A stretch of 64,000 nucleotides of DNA, taken from contig OZ241829.1 of assembly GCA_965202585.1 (NCBI GenBank), forward strand, positions 32,488,001-32,552,000, written 5' to 3'. The stretch is from Thalia democratica. Its lineage: Eukaryota. Below, piece after piece: positions 39,398 through 51,317 of the stretch (position 1 is its first letter; each line of letters starts with the position of its first letter). Made by a program: the position numbers and the translations under genes. The notes beneath the pieces were generated by a model. The model was not told the DNA's origin. It worked only from the letters and a program-made list of their open reading frames with translations, and ran no database searches.

Positions 39398-40492
39398 CAT
39401 CGGCGAAAGTCTATTATGCCAATGCCCGGACTTACGCCAGACATAGTGAGACTCAAATTTTAAAAAGATTTGATCATACCACTTTGATACCACAGTCTAT
39501 TACTTTGAAGTTTGTTTTGTTGTAATAAATCGTAGTTAAAAAAAAAGTTTACCTACCACAATATTTGAGCATTGTTAAGTAAAAGACTATGTTTATTTTC
39601 AATATAACAATAAAATATTACAAAGTAATTTTTTCAGTTATATATCCAGTAAAATAAAAATCACTATTTAAACCAACATTTTAGTATATTGAAGTAAGTA
39701 GTTAAAACTAATAAAACTTTATTTAGTTACTAAGTCAAGAAAAAATACTGAATTTTTAAGACACGTTTATAGAATCTATGCTACTTGCATTAAAAAGAAT
39801 AAATTTGCTAACATGATACAAATGAACGCAAACAAATTAAAACACTATTTATATATTTGTTTTTTGAGACTTAGAAAGTTAAAAAAGTTTAAAATTTTAC
39901 ACAGATACGGTTTTAAAATTCATTTTTGCTACATTATGTATTTGTAAAAAGCAGTTATAACTTTTTTTTTAGCAAATGAATTAGTAAAATAAAAGAATAA
40001 GTTTACAAAAACACATTACAAGTACAAAACACTAACTTAAGTTTTAACAAGGACTATAACATTATTTTTTTACTTTTGTTTTCTAATAAAGTATTTGATG
40101 AAGTATAAGAGAAGATATATTTATAAAGTTTTTTTTTTTCTCTCAAAGCCTTAAATTATTTTGTTTATCCTAGTTTTCATTGTCAATTTAAAACACCTAC
40201 CTTTTAAAAGCTACTCAGTTAATTAAGTATATTTCTTGAGTATTTTTTATCTTCATATTGCACCAAAACTGAGAAAAAGTACTCATAGAAAGTCCAATAT
40301 TTAATGAGTTTACGTAACCTTAAGATTACTTAAAATAATGAAATATTGACAGAACTTTACATAAGTTAATTAAATGTTTATCTATATTTATAGTAAAAAT
40401 GTACGAATTGATATGATCAAACCTTTATGTTAAACTTGAGATTATCTAACTAAGTCTCACGTAAGTCCAGGCTCTGTAGACTTTCGCCGATG
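39398..40492. mobile_element. Candidate ~1.1-kb non-autonomous element bounded by inverted repeats
   Basis: CATCGGCGAAAGTCTA...GGACTTACG at 39398 and CGTAAGTCC...TAGACTTTCGCCGATG ending 40492; AT-rich interior; no TSD seen. Confidence 0.5.
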
Positions 40493-40685
40493 ATTTCTTA
40501 GATGCATACTTATAAGTCATAACATACATATTAATTAAACTATCTAATTCTAACGCCAAAAATACCTTCTAAAACTAAAAACAAAATTGTGTTTAACTTT
40601 TTAAAAGTACAAAACAAACTGTTGTAACCTTTTTAAACCTAACAATCCAGTTAATAAATGAGTAAAGTTATAATACATGCTTTAC

Positions 40686-40733
40686 CTGTAAAATCCGTTT
40701 TTTCATAAAGCATGCAGATATGCACGTTAACTG
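40686..40733 (-). other. Candidate 48-nt upstream (5'UTR or first coding) exon, probably of the SSUH2 homolog
   Basis: Acceptor acaacag(cag), donor CAG/GTAAAG; contains ATG AAA AAA CGG ATT TTA CAG. Confidence 0.4.
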
Positions 40734-40768
40734 CTGTTGTATGTTTTTAATCATAGATAAGTCTAGAC

Positions 40769-41162
40769 CAGGGTTTCCCAAACTTTTTTGCTAATGGCCC
40801 CCTTTAAAGAGTTTGAAAAAGTAATGGCCCCCTTCAACATATAGATTACTCATAAACTACAATAAAATACACATAAAACCTTTTTTTTTTTTTTTTTTTT
40901 TTTTGCTCTTCATCTGAAACTCGAGAATATCTAGTGTAAGTTTCTAAACTGCCATAAAATACACATAAGACCTTTTTTTTTTTTTTGCTCTTCATCTGCA
41001 ACTCAAGAATATCTAGTGTAAGTTTCAAGTTATGGCCTCATGGCCCCCCTGTGGCTCCTTTACTGCTCATGCCCCCCCCTCTTCCCCCTTTGCTGCTCAT
41101 GGCCCCCTGAGTATCTGTCATGGCCCCCTGGGGGGCCACTTGGCCCACTTTGGGAAACCCTG
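40769..41162. mobile_element. hAT (Buster-type) MITE with perfect TSD
   Basis: TIRs CAGGGTTTCCCAAA and TTTGGGAAACCCTG; perfect 8-bp TSD GTCTAGAC at 40761-40768 and 41163-41170; ATGGCCCCC subterminal repeats; internal imperfect tandem duplication with poly-T. Confidence 0.92.
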
Positions 41163-41973
41163 GTCTAGACTCTAGACGACACTCAATAAAAAGATATAAT
41201 TGTTAGTAATTTGTTTGCATTTAGTAAAATGTTTGAAAAAAAATAAATTTCTATGCTTAAAACCTTTTCTTTTTTTATTTTTATCACGCAAGACTGTGAT
41301 CGTAATAAAATAAGCGCTTTACGACTCTGGTTAAGGTCTGTATATAAATAAAAATAACTCGTTAATTTTTTAAAATTACAGTTAATCATTCTATTTTTTA
41401 ACTTTAACATTTAAAAACGTTTTACAAAAAATCACTTTCAATTGCACAGTAGTTAAGTAAAAATTTAACTTTAGTCAAATTTAAAACGTTAAAAAACAAA
41501 CAACAAACTCATGCACAAAACTTTCGTTTATTATTTCGTAGTTTTTTTCACCTTAAACGTTATGTAAGTTAACTTAAGTTTAAAAACTTGTACACTTTTA
41601 AAAGTATAGTTCTTTTTAGTAATGTTTTTCAGTATGTTTTTTAATTTTTAACATGATATTTAAAACACACTAACTGCAATTATTTTTATTAGAATTAAGT
41701 TTACAACATAAATCTATACATTTTTTCTCAAATTAAAACCTTATACGTTGTTTGTGCTTATTCTCACATGCTTATAGTAAAAACATCTATCACATAAACG
41801 TAAAAACTTATTTTAGCATATTGTTTTAAAGCACGTTATTCTTTTAAGACTCTGTGGAGCCGTTAATATTTTAAACTCGATACTCAATGATCGTTAGCCT
41901 AATAAAGTACATGCGTACAAAATGATTTTTTTTTGATTTTCCTATAAGCTTTTCTTGTTTCGATCTTTAGTAC

Positions 41974-44255
41974 TCAACGCCTTACTACATTGTTTCCTAA
42001 AAAGTATTCCTCCTCAGTAGCCGCAACACTTTCTCTGATCCACGAGCTTATTCCAAGCACGTCGGTGTACACCCCCGGCATTTTTTTCCGCCCGCACCCG
42101 ATGCCCCAGCTCACGATCCCAAACAGAACGTGGCGACCGGAACGCAAACAGGTCATAGGTCCGCCGCTGTCGCCCTGGCAAGCGTCCTTGGACCCGTCCA
42201 CGGTTCCTGCGCAAATCATGTTTTTGTTGACGAGCCCAGACAGCCAGTCGGGCCTGTTGCAAACTTTCCTGGTAAATTTTAATTTTTATCGCTTTATTTA
42301 TTACTGCTAGTCTTTAAATATTTTATTTATTTGAATCTTTTAATAAATAAACAATGATTGTATTTTTTTAATTATAGATAAGTCTAGACTCTAGATTATA
42401 TTTAATATAAAAATAATTGTTATTAATATATTTGCATTTAGTAAATTGACTTTACTATTAAAATTATTAAAAAAACATTTTTTGTTTAAATTTTTTTTTC
42501 AGATTTATTTAAGGACTTTTCATCAAACCCTAAAGTATCAGCTCACAGTAAACTATACATTTCTTTAAAATTTATTAAACACCTGTCCATTATCTCAACG
42601 GGGGTCGTTTGAAGTTGATTGACAGGCGGTCCTCCCTCCTCTACAGCGCCCCAACCGGATATTCTGCAAGTTTTGTTCGGTCGAATGGCGTTCAAGTCTG
42701 CTGCGCTAGGTAAGCAAACCGGCATCACCTAAAAATTTTTCAAACGTTTAAATTTTTTACAGTTTTTGTTGGTTTTTATAATTGTCGCACAAGCCTGTGA
42801 TTACTTGTTTGGATGCTTGCGATAAACTTTAACAAACCAAACAAAAAAACTAACGTTGTTTAGCTTTATACCTGTTTATTGAATACTAGCTCTTTTTCAA
42901 GCCTCAGCAAAGCGACGTCTTGGTTATACGTTAGCGTGCTGAAGTTCTGATGAACTATCAAATCGGTGCATTTCGACGTTTGTCCGATCCCTTTCTCCAT
43001 ACTTCTTTGGTACGTGCTGCCCACGTAAGCTGTCCAATTTTCCGCGCTGGGAAACGGCTCTGCGCAGTGGGCTGCAAATATGACCCATCTGTAGAACTTG
43101 ATAAGTTTTTAATTCAAAAAAAGGTATAATTCACAACAATTTAACAAAAAAGCTAGTTTAAACCGATTATTTACGCAAGGTGTCTTATTTTCATTTAACC
43201 ATAACCGTTAATGTTTAAACTTATAAATATAACATTCATCCCTAACATTTCATGTCACATCTAACCCCTAATCCATAATGTTAAATTCCTAACTCTTAAT
43301 CTCTAACCCGTTAAATTTAACTCTAAAAGCCTTAGTATCAATATGTAATTCTATTGTATTAGTTTATATCCCCTAAAGGTAAAAGCTTGACACCATTTGA
43401 AAACAATTATAAGGTATTCAAAAAAGAAAACCCGTCAAGTATTGACCGTCCGCGCAAAAGCGTCTAAAAGTTAAGTTCACCAAAAATACTACAATATTAA
43501 GTTAAATTAAAATTTTCATAAATAAAACATAACTAGCTATTAATTATACCAAAAAGTACTGTAGAAGATCATTTTTAACTGAATATATGTGAACCTTGGT
43601 AAATAAATTGAACCTCCGCACTTGTGGCCCTCATCGTCAACCCACAACGAGACCTGCCAAGGGTGTTGCAAAATGTCAGTACCATGGCCTCCTACGACCC
43701 GCTTTTTCCGTGGTGTCGTTTCAAGAAAGTCTGCTTTGGCACACTCGATCTGAGCCTTTGATTTTTTATTGTGCAAATGTTTGGAAATTAAGTTTTTTTT
43801 ACCGAAGAACAATAAAACAATTCTGCTAGATTACTAAATAGTTTCATACAATAAGTATCATATTATTTTTTATGTTATTAACTGTACGCGAATTAACAAA
43901 CCATCATGTCAACTTTGTAGTTGTTTCCCTTTTCTGTAAATAAAAACTGTGTTAATTATTCAAGTACTGAAGCTTAGTTATTAAATCCGGAGTTTTTTTA
44001 ATTGAATTGTGTAACTTTTTTTTAATTAGTGAAATACAAATATTTTCAAAAAATGGTAATATTTTTACCGTGAAAATGAAATTACTAACGTGTTCTAAAT
44101 AGATCGGTATTTGCGGCTATAATGATGAATAAAATGAGAACCGAAACTAGAACAATTGCTAGAAGACAGCCGGGTATTATGCACCTAGTTTCACGTTTGA
44201 ATCTTTTAAATCTTGAAATGAATGAAGGTTCGTTCGATTTTCCTTCCGGGTGCAT
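41974..44255 (-). CDS. Type II transmembrane trypsin-like serine protease (peptidase S1), 338 aa
   Basis: Exons 44255-44090, 43933-43902, 43755-43595, 43088-42872, 42728-42583 and 42268-41974 in frame. Signal anchor CIIPGCLLAIVLVSVLILFIIIAA; RKKR/VVGG activation site; triad AAHC, QDVALL, GDSGGP; S1 Asp in KDAC. Confidence 0.9.
43235..43325 (+). repeat. Degenerate CCCTAA (telomere-like) tract in a protease intron
   Basis: ccctaa, ctaaccccta, tcctaa and ctctaaccc variants clustered. Confidence 0.4.
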
Positions 44256-45889
44256 TTAGATGCTATAACTGTAATTTTCTAATAAGAAGTAAAGGATGTG
44301 ACTTCTTACAGTTACAGGTTTAAAATAAAGTATTTCAAGTGGCAAGTTAAAAAATGAACTTCTGCATTTTTTTAAACCAGTGTTTAATAATAAAGTTTAA
44401 AAAGTACAATATTTTGCACTAATTATCATATCAGCAGCTAACAATGAAAGTAAGTTGCAAAATAATATAGTATGTAATTTGTTAGTAGTTTAAAATAGTT
44501 TTGTAGTATTATTTTAAGGATATATTTTCCTATTTTGTTACTGACGCTTTAATATCAACAAGTAATTTTAAAGTTACATTACAGATACTTAAAGTTTAAA
44601 ATCAAAAACTGTATAAGAAAACTAATAGATTTGTTTACTGAAAACCATTATTATATTTTTTTAAAAATTGATACACTAACGTTTTTATAAAACTTTTGAA
44701 AAAAACTATTTTTCAAAATAAAGTTTTGCTGTTAAATTATTTTTTTGCTAATTTAAACATATTTGTCTTATAAGCTTACTTTTTAAACTTTTACCTAAAA
44801 ATGTAACTTCTATAATTTAAAAATGAGTCTAAGCAAGTTTGTTTATATATAACTTTTTTAGCTTAATTTTTTTTTTAATAATCATAAACAATGGTGTTTA
44901 TTATTCTTAAAAAACATCATTAAATCAAGTTTTCAAATAGACAAACAAAATAGAACCGACATTTCCTTAAACGTGACAAACATGGCTACATTTCTGTAGA
45001 GAGAAAAAATAAAACTGCGAAAACTTAAAAAACATTTTACAAAAAGTTAACCTAAACTTTGTATACACTTTTAATCAAGCCTTTTTTAGATTTACTTTGT
45101 ACACTATTTTCTATACAATCGCTTTTATACTTTAAGGTAGTAGTGTTAAATTTAAATAAGTTTAAATTGTAAATACAACTTTTAACTTTAAAAGTCCTAA
45201 ATGAACAAAGTTTTAGAGGCTTAAGTTATAACAACTACACATAGAAAACTTAAGAACAAATAAAAAGTAATTTCTATTTTTTCTAATGCTAAAAGCCATC
45301 AGTTTTAATAAAAACTGATCACTGACGAAAATAATAGATTATCAAAAAAAAAAAAAAAAGAAATAACAAATCGAATATTTAGTACTGCTAAGTTTAATTG
45401 AGTAATATTTCACTACCTTGTCTAAGCGAAACTTACAGTACAATAAGGAAACGGATAGACGTAGTAATAGTAAATGCAAATTGTATTTCAACAATATCAA
45501 AATATATAATTTATTTAATGTTATTTTGTTTACACGTGTAACTTAAACAAATATAAAAAGCATGTACTATTTGTAACATTTTACAAGTTGACAACATGTT
45601 TTCAAAAACCAATTAAACTTAAAAAAAGGTTTGTTCCTAAATTTTTCCGAAGCAAAGTTTAGTGAAAAGTTTTTCCGATTACAAAACATTAAAATAATCC
45701 CTGGAAACGGGTATTGTGATTAAAAATAATAGCTGTTACAAAGTTATCCTAGAATATTTATGTTATATAAAAAACATGTTTAATAATTTAAAGTAAGCTT
45801 AAACTTTTGTTAAAGCGTAGAAAAGTTTAATTGCTCAACGTAGAGCAAGGTTTAAGTAGAAGGTAAAATCGCCCAATATGAAATAAAAG

Positions 45890-46301
45890 GGGTAGTTGTC
45901 AAATTTTCACGAGCGTACAAAATTACACAAGCGTACAAAATTGCACGAGAGCACAACATTTCACGAAGATACTTTTGTACTAAGATACTTTTGCACGAGC
46001 AGAAAATTTTGCACGGAGACATTTTGCATAAGTTGAATTTTTTTTTTGATATTTTTTATTAATTTAATTTTTTTTTCACTGTTACCCCTAACCCTTACCC
46101 CCGGTCAGTAATTTTTTTCTTTTTGTTTTTTTATTAGTTTATCTTTTTTTTTTTTTTATTCTTTTACAAAAATGACCATCCTTGCAAAACTGTAACCTGT
46201 GCAAAATTGACCCTTGGTGCAAAATTGTCGTCGTGCAAAAGTACCGTCGTGCAATTTTGTGCCCTTTGTAATTTTGTCTTCGTGCAATTTTGACCCGTTC
46301 C
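45890..46301. mobile_element. Foldback/MULE-like MITE, copy 2
   Basis: Same arms, same GTTACCCCTAACCCTTACCCCCGGTCAGTAA core and same asymmetric ends as 5507..6027. Confidence 0.8.
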
Positions 46302-47248
46302 TGAAAAAATTTCAAACTTACATATATATATCATAAAAATGAAAATAAGTTTTTAAAATAAATTAGTATATTTATTTAAACTTGCAAACTACTGGCCTAA
46401 AATATACACTGATGCTTCGAAAATAATGTGATACAAGTAACCGAGTTATATTGTAACTTTCACCAAATAAAACTCTTAAGTACATTAAATACTAAATAAT
46501 AATTAAAAGCATTTAGCAAGTTTACTTTAATATTTAACTTTGGTTGAGCTACAGTAGTTTTTTCTAGGTTTGTAAAATTTGAAAAAAACTTATTGTTTTA
46601 ATTTATTATTACGAACTTCACTTCAAACCTGTGAAACAGCAAAAACCCGAGCGCTCCCAATATAAAAGTCCCCAAATTGGAACAATCTCACGTGATGAGA
46701 AGTAACTTAAAAATTAAGATGGTATGTAACTATTTTTAACTTCTTTAAGTTTAAACAAAGTAAAGCAACAACTTGATAATACAACTACAATACAAATAAA
46801 AGTAAACTTATAGTTATAAAAAACAACTCTTTTTGTATAGCAACTAAACTATGTTATAAAATAGAACATATTAATCCCTAATACTTATATTTATTTTATA
46901 ACTATTTTGTACTACAAATAATTAACAGAATTTTGAGACATGACTATTCAAAAACAATTTTATTAAACAAACAAATAAAATCGATTTCAGCTAACTTTTA
47001 TCAGTTACTTTTGTTAGCAACTAATTTTAAAATTAATTTTTGAGTAAGTACATAGTTAGAGGTTTCATCGGAAAATATTCAATTAATACCAATTAGCATA
47101 ATTAGGTAAAATAAATTAGGGATAGATTAAGAGCTTATAATTATTTAATTATAAATAAATTAATTAGTAACTTAACGAAGATAGGCAAAAACATAGATAT
47201 AATGATAAAACAAACAATAAATATACTAAAATAAGTTACAAACAACAA

Positions 47249-48135
47249 TCATAGCAACTTATAAAGATTATATTTATAAACGTACTGTTGCTTGCATAAC
47301 TTAGGTTTAAACGTATTTATAAATAAAGATTCTAAAACACTTAGATGATAATCATTACGTGCTTTACTTATAACTGAAAAGTGACTATCACTATAATTCT
47401 CTGCACAATCATAATTGTTTAATAAGCTTTCGGCAATCGCCGATGACCTGTTAGATGGTTTTTTCAAATCCGTATCCATACAACTTCTAAGGGATTTTGA
47501 AATATGTTGATCTCTTCTAATATGAAATCTCTGGGACGTTCTGCCGATATACACACAATCACAGTGGCATTTGCACTTAAAAATTACTTTACTTTTTTCT
47601 AGATCGGCAGTGACATCCTTATAAATTCCATCCTAAGGTTTTATTGTAAAATGACTAGTTCTTAGTTGTTAGATCTAAAAGTAGAGTTTACTGTGGTTTT
47701 GACATTATTTTCAAGAGCTGTTGCTTCTTTACCTAAATTTGGTAGTCTTAAATATTAAGTGAACTCACTTGGTATTTGTTTAATAGGTTTTTTCTAGTTT
47801 AGAGATCGTATTGTGACATGTAACGTATAACCAAAAGCTCCAAAAATACTTTTAATTTTATCTAATTCTTCCTTAAACAATTTCTTTGAACAAATCTTGT
47901 GTGCTCCAAATACCAAACAAGAAATTAAGCCATTTTTTGGATAAAGGACAAAACGACTGAAAAGGAATATATTGGCCAGCAAAAGTTGGTTTTCTACAAA
48001 CAGTATTAAGTAACTCAGTAGATATACGCAATAAACAAACATCCAAGAAAGGTAAGCAATTATCTTTTTCTTTTTCAATAGTAAACCTTAATTTTGGGTG
48101 TAAATAAGAAAATTTTGTTAAATAATTAATCAATA
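47249..48135 (-). mobile_element. 5'-truncated decayed Penelope-like retroelement (RT thumb plus GIY-YIG endonuclease)
   Basis: LRFTIEKEKDNCLPFLDV...RKPTFAGQY (RT C-terminus) and CHCDCVYIGRTSQRFHIRRDQH...LSVLESLFINTFKPKLCKQ (GIY-YIG), with frameshifts. Confidence 0.88.
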
Positions 48136-48227
48136 ATTTATGCAGCTTAAAAACATGTTGTATCTGTAAGTGTTTGTGATTGTATATGAAAATGTTTTGA
48201 AATAAATAAGTGCATAAGTAGACAGAG

Positions 48228-48423
48228 TTATTTAAAGTAAAACCGTCGGTTGTGGGGACAAATGTTCGATAAATCTTGCCGCTTGTTCAGAAGTAGGTCT
48301 TTATCTTCTGCTGCAATTACTGCTCTTTCTGTATTGCAAATTGGGCAAATTCTACTTACTCCGTTGGATGCATGTTTGATCTTTGAAACAATACTCCACT
48401 TCATGTTTGGCCTTTTACCGTAC
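48228..48423 (-). mobile_element. C-terminal part of a second, different Penelope-like GIY-YIG endonuclease; open and preceded by a splice acceptor
   Basis: YGKRPNMKWSIV...CPICNTER...LLNKRQDLSNICPHNRRFYFK*, i.e. KW / CxxC / E / LNKRxD / CxH motif order; ttttttcacag acceptor with an in-frame TAG upstream. Confidence 0.6.
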
Positions 48424-48634
48424 CTGTGAAAAAAGCTCTAGACATAATCCGATAAACGGGTGCTTTGTTTTTTATTTATATTTTTAAAAGTATGTTTATG
48501 GTTAGCATATTTACTTTAAAATGACCTCCTTTCAAACCAACGTAAGTTTTATCTTTATTATTATTATTTTTTGTATTATTATCATCACTAAAATTACAAG
48601 TAACACGCACCTTACACACGACATTTTTAGTCAA

Positions 48635-48826
48635 ATAGAGGAGGAGCCTTTAAAGTGCGTCATTTGCCGGAAATCATTCAGCAGCCCGGTCGTTACCAAG
48701 TGGAAGCACTACTTCTGCGAGAAGTGCGCTTTGAAGGAGCACAGGAAGTAAAATAAATGCTTCGCGTGCGGAAAGGCAACTTTAGGTGTTTTCAACCCTG
48801 CTTAATACTTGATGACGCAAAAATGA
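48635..48826 (+). pseudogene. RNF113A: RNF113A (Cwc24) RING-finger pseudogene fragment
   Basis: [54 protein letters not shown]; matches the RNF113 RING; a Zn-ligand Cys is replaced by Trp and there are two stops. Confidence 0.85.
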
Positions 48827-50861
48827 GTTTGCGTTTTGATTGTGTGAAAATTTTTAGTATGTACTTTGATGTACAACTATAACATATAAGTGAACTTTTT
48901 CTTTAAATGAAAGTAACCCACTACAAAAAATTGGCCTTGTTGTGGCGTTGTGGCTGACTAGCCGTCCAAGCAGTGAAACTAACAACTTTTTATTTCTATA
49001 TAAGTATTTCAAAATATAGTAATAACTTAAGCTAGACAACAATTGGTTAAAATTAATGCTGTTACTTTTTTAACGCTAATTTTGTTATTTGTACATATAA
49101 ACATGAAATATACAACTTTAAAATACTTGTGTAAAATTTATTTCATACCTGTAGTATAAGACAAAAAAAAATTAAATTTGTATGTTTTTAAAACAGTATG
49201 GTTGTAGTAATATACTTTTTACCTTGTTCTTTATGTTAGTTTTGTTATATAAAAATAAATGAACAGCGCAATAAACAGCAACTCTAAACTGATGACAAAA
49301 GGAAGTAACATAATGCAAAATTTTATTATATGTTTAGTTATGTACCTATTAGGTAAATATTAAGTAAATATTAAGTTCAAAACAAAAAAAAAAGACCATG
49401 TTGTTGAAAACATTGTTTTAAAATTTGCAAGATTAGAAAAGTAATAAGTGCTGAAAATATAAAATTCAATTTCAGTTATTTGTTTTTACAATGAAATGAC
49501 AAGTACTGTTTTAATTGTAACTTAAGTTTATGTTAAATCTTATAATCAATTTACTATAATTTAACCAAATAGTAAAAATTGTGCTTAACAAGTAGTTATA
49601 CCAAAGTATTACTTACTCTAATATTTATTTTTTATCACGCTTAAGTGCTATATTACATGTGTTTTTTTTTCATTTACTTTGTCCTCTTTACTATTCGTAC
49701 TTATTTAAGGAATTCTTTAATATCAATTGTCCTATAGGTTTAGGAACTTAAATCAAAAGTAATTGAAAAAATCTTTACCACTCATCATTTTGTATTGCAA
49801 AGATTTTATATCAGAAGATGTGTCTGAGATATATCACGAAAATGGCTGATGTAAACAGCTAGCTTTAAAATATTTCAGCTGATAAAGTTGAGACAAGTTT
49901 CAAACTGAGGAATTCCCACTTTAAGCACTTCTTCTCAGTATTTTTATGAAGTATCCAAACAACAGAGTAAACAAAGAGTTGTAAAAACTTGTGTTGCTTG
50001 ATTGCAGTCTCTTAATTTGAATATGCTAAAATATTATCAAAAGTTTTTGATAATGTGGTAGTGTGTAACAGATTATCAAAAGGTTTTACTCCACACCAAT
50101 CTGTTGTCCATAGTTGTGAGCATTCACATTTCTTTCTTTACTTCCTGGTAGATGTACAATGTTTATCGTTGCAAGGGGTAGAGTTTGAGACTGATGTTTT
50201 TTTACCATAAAAAAAAAAAAAATAAAAAATAACTCTATTTGCTTGAACTAAAAAATGTTTGTTATTGTAGAGAGAAAAATGACAATGATGATTTTTTTAC
50301 CTTAAAAAGTTTTTTTGGGAATTTTAAAAAAACTTAAGCTGACTCAAACTAACTTTATTTAATTCAAGAAACTCTAGCTAGTATTATTTTAATGTAGGCT
50401 AGTTTTTTGTTATTACTTGAATGAATTCAAATTATATTGGATCATTAATATTTTGTGAGTTTAATCAATTTGTGTACAGCAACATAACTTTTCTTTATTT
50501 TGTAGTGTTTATTAAAATTTTTCAGTAAGATTTTTCAACCTTTAGTTACCAATATTTTGATATAACTTTATGTTAATAAAAGTTTATAATAATAACATAG
50601 AATAATAAATAACTATAAAAAGTATTATAACCAAGTTAATGAACCTACTATATTCTTATTTAACTTATGTTCTAGAAATTAAATTTTTGTTTTTGTACTT
50701 CAAAAACTTATTCTATTCATGGTTTTTGTTGTATAAAACTAAATTTTAACTTACATGGTGAAATTTACTTCAATAATAATTACATTGTTTTAAAATTTGT
50801 TATATAACTTCAAATATAAAGAGTTTTTCAAAAATTTTAAAGAAATCTCTTACAAACTTTT

Positions 50862-50974
50862 TTGTTCTGGACAAGACATTAAAAGGTATCTGTGGTGTGC
50901 GACTCGGAAGGTTTTTTAGTGCACCAGGTCCTAGAACCAAATATTTTGAGCATATTTTTGTTGTTCGTTCCAAC
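50862..50974 (+). repeat. ~120-bp structured dispersed repeat, copy 5
   Basis: TTGTTCTGGACAA-GACATTAAAAGGTATCTGT-GGTGTGCGA-CTCG-(deletion)-GAAGGTT...GTGCACC-AGGTCCTAGAACC. Confidence 0.8.
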
Positions 50975-51317
50975 TAAATCAAGTATTCTTTGAAAAACTC
51001 AGGCTAGTTTGTTGTTTGAACTTAATATAGTTGAGTTAAAGAATTTTTGTATTTGAATCTAGTTTCTACCACGTTCATTCCGAGGTCTTGAGTTCAATAA
51101 TAGTGTTAAATGTTCTTCCTTAGGGCTAGCTCTGCTATAAAACAACAATAAAAATTTATATTTGAAATGTATTTATATTATTCATGATGATAATATAAAT
51201 TGGTTAATTTAAAAAGTTTTAGCGTCACAAATATGTTAAGTTTATAATACTCCAACTTTTAAAATTAAACCTTGTTTAAACTTGATAAAATAAGCTGAAG
51301 GTTTGTTTTTACTTATA

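Noticed and set aside
40686-41990. Read-through splicing of the protease into downstream exons to give a second TM or PPxY tail
   Set aside because: The protease has a normal stop, no TM exon was found, and the PPPSY exon splices in frame into SSUH2.
47050-47075. Hammerhead ribozyme at the Penelope 3' end (CCGATGAAAC on the minus strand)
   Set aside because: Only a mutated partial core; no stems II or III or separate GAAA identifiable.
49130-49170. Polypyrimidine-CAG/GTATGA site on the minus strand resembling a recursive splice site
   Set aside because: Single instance with no long host intron established; plausible by chance.
49780-50200. Minus-strand frame with several stops that might be a transposase remnant
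   Set aside because: No diagnostic motif recognised with confidence.
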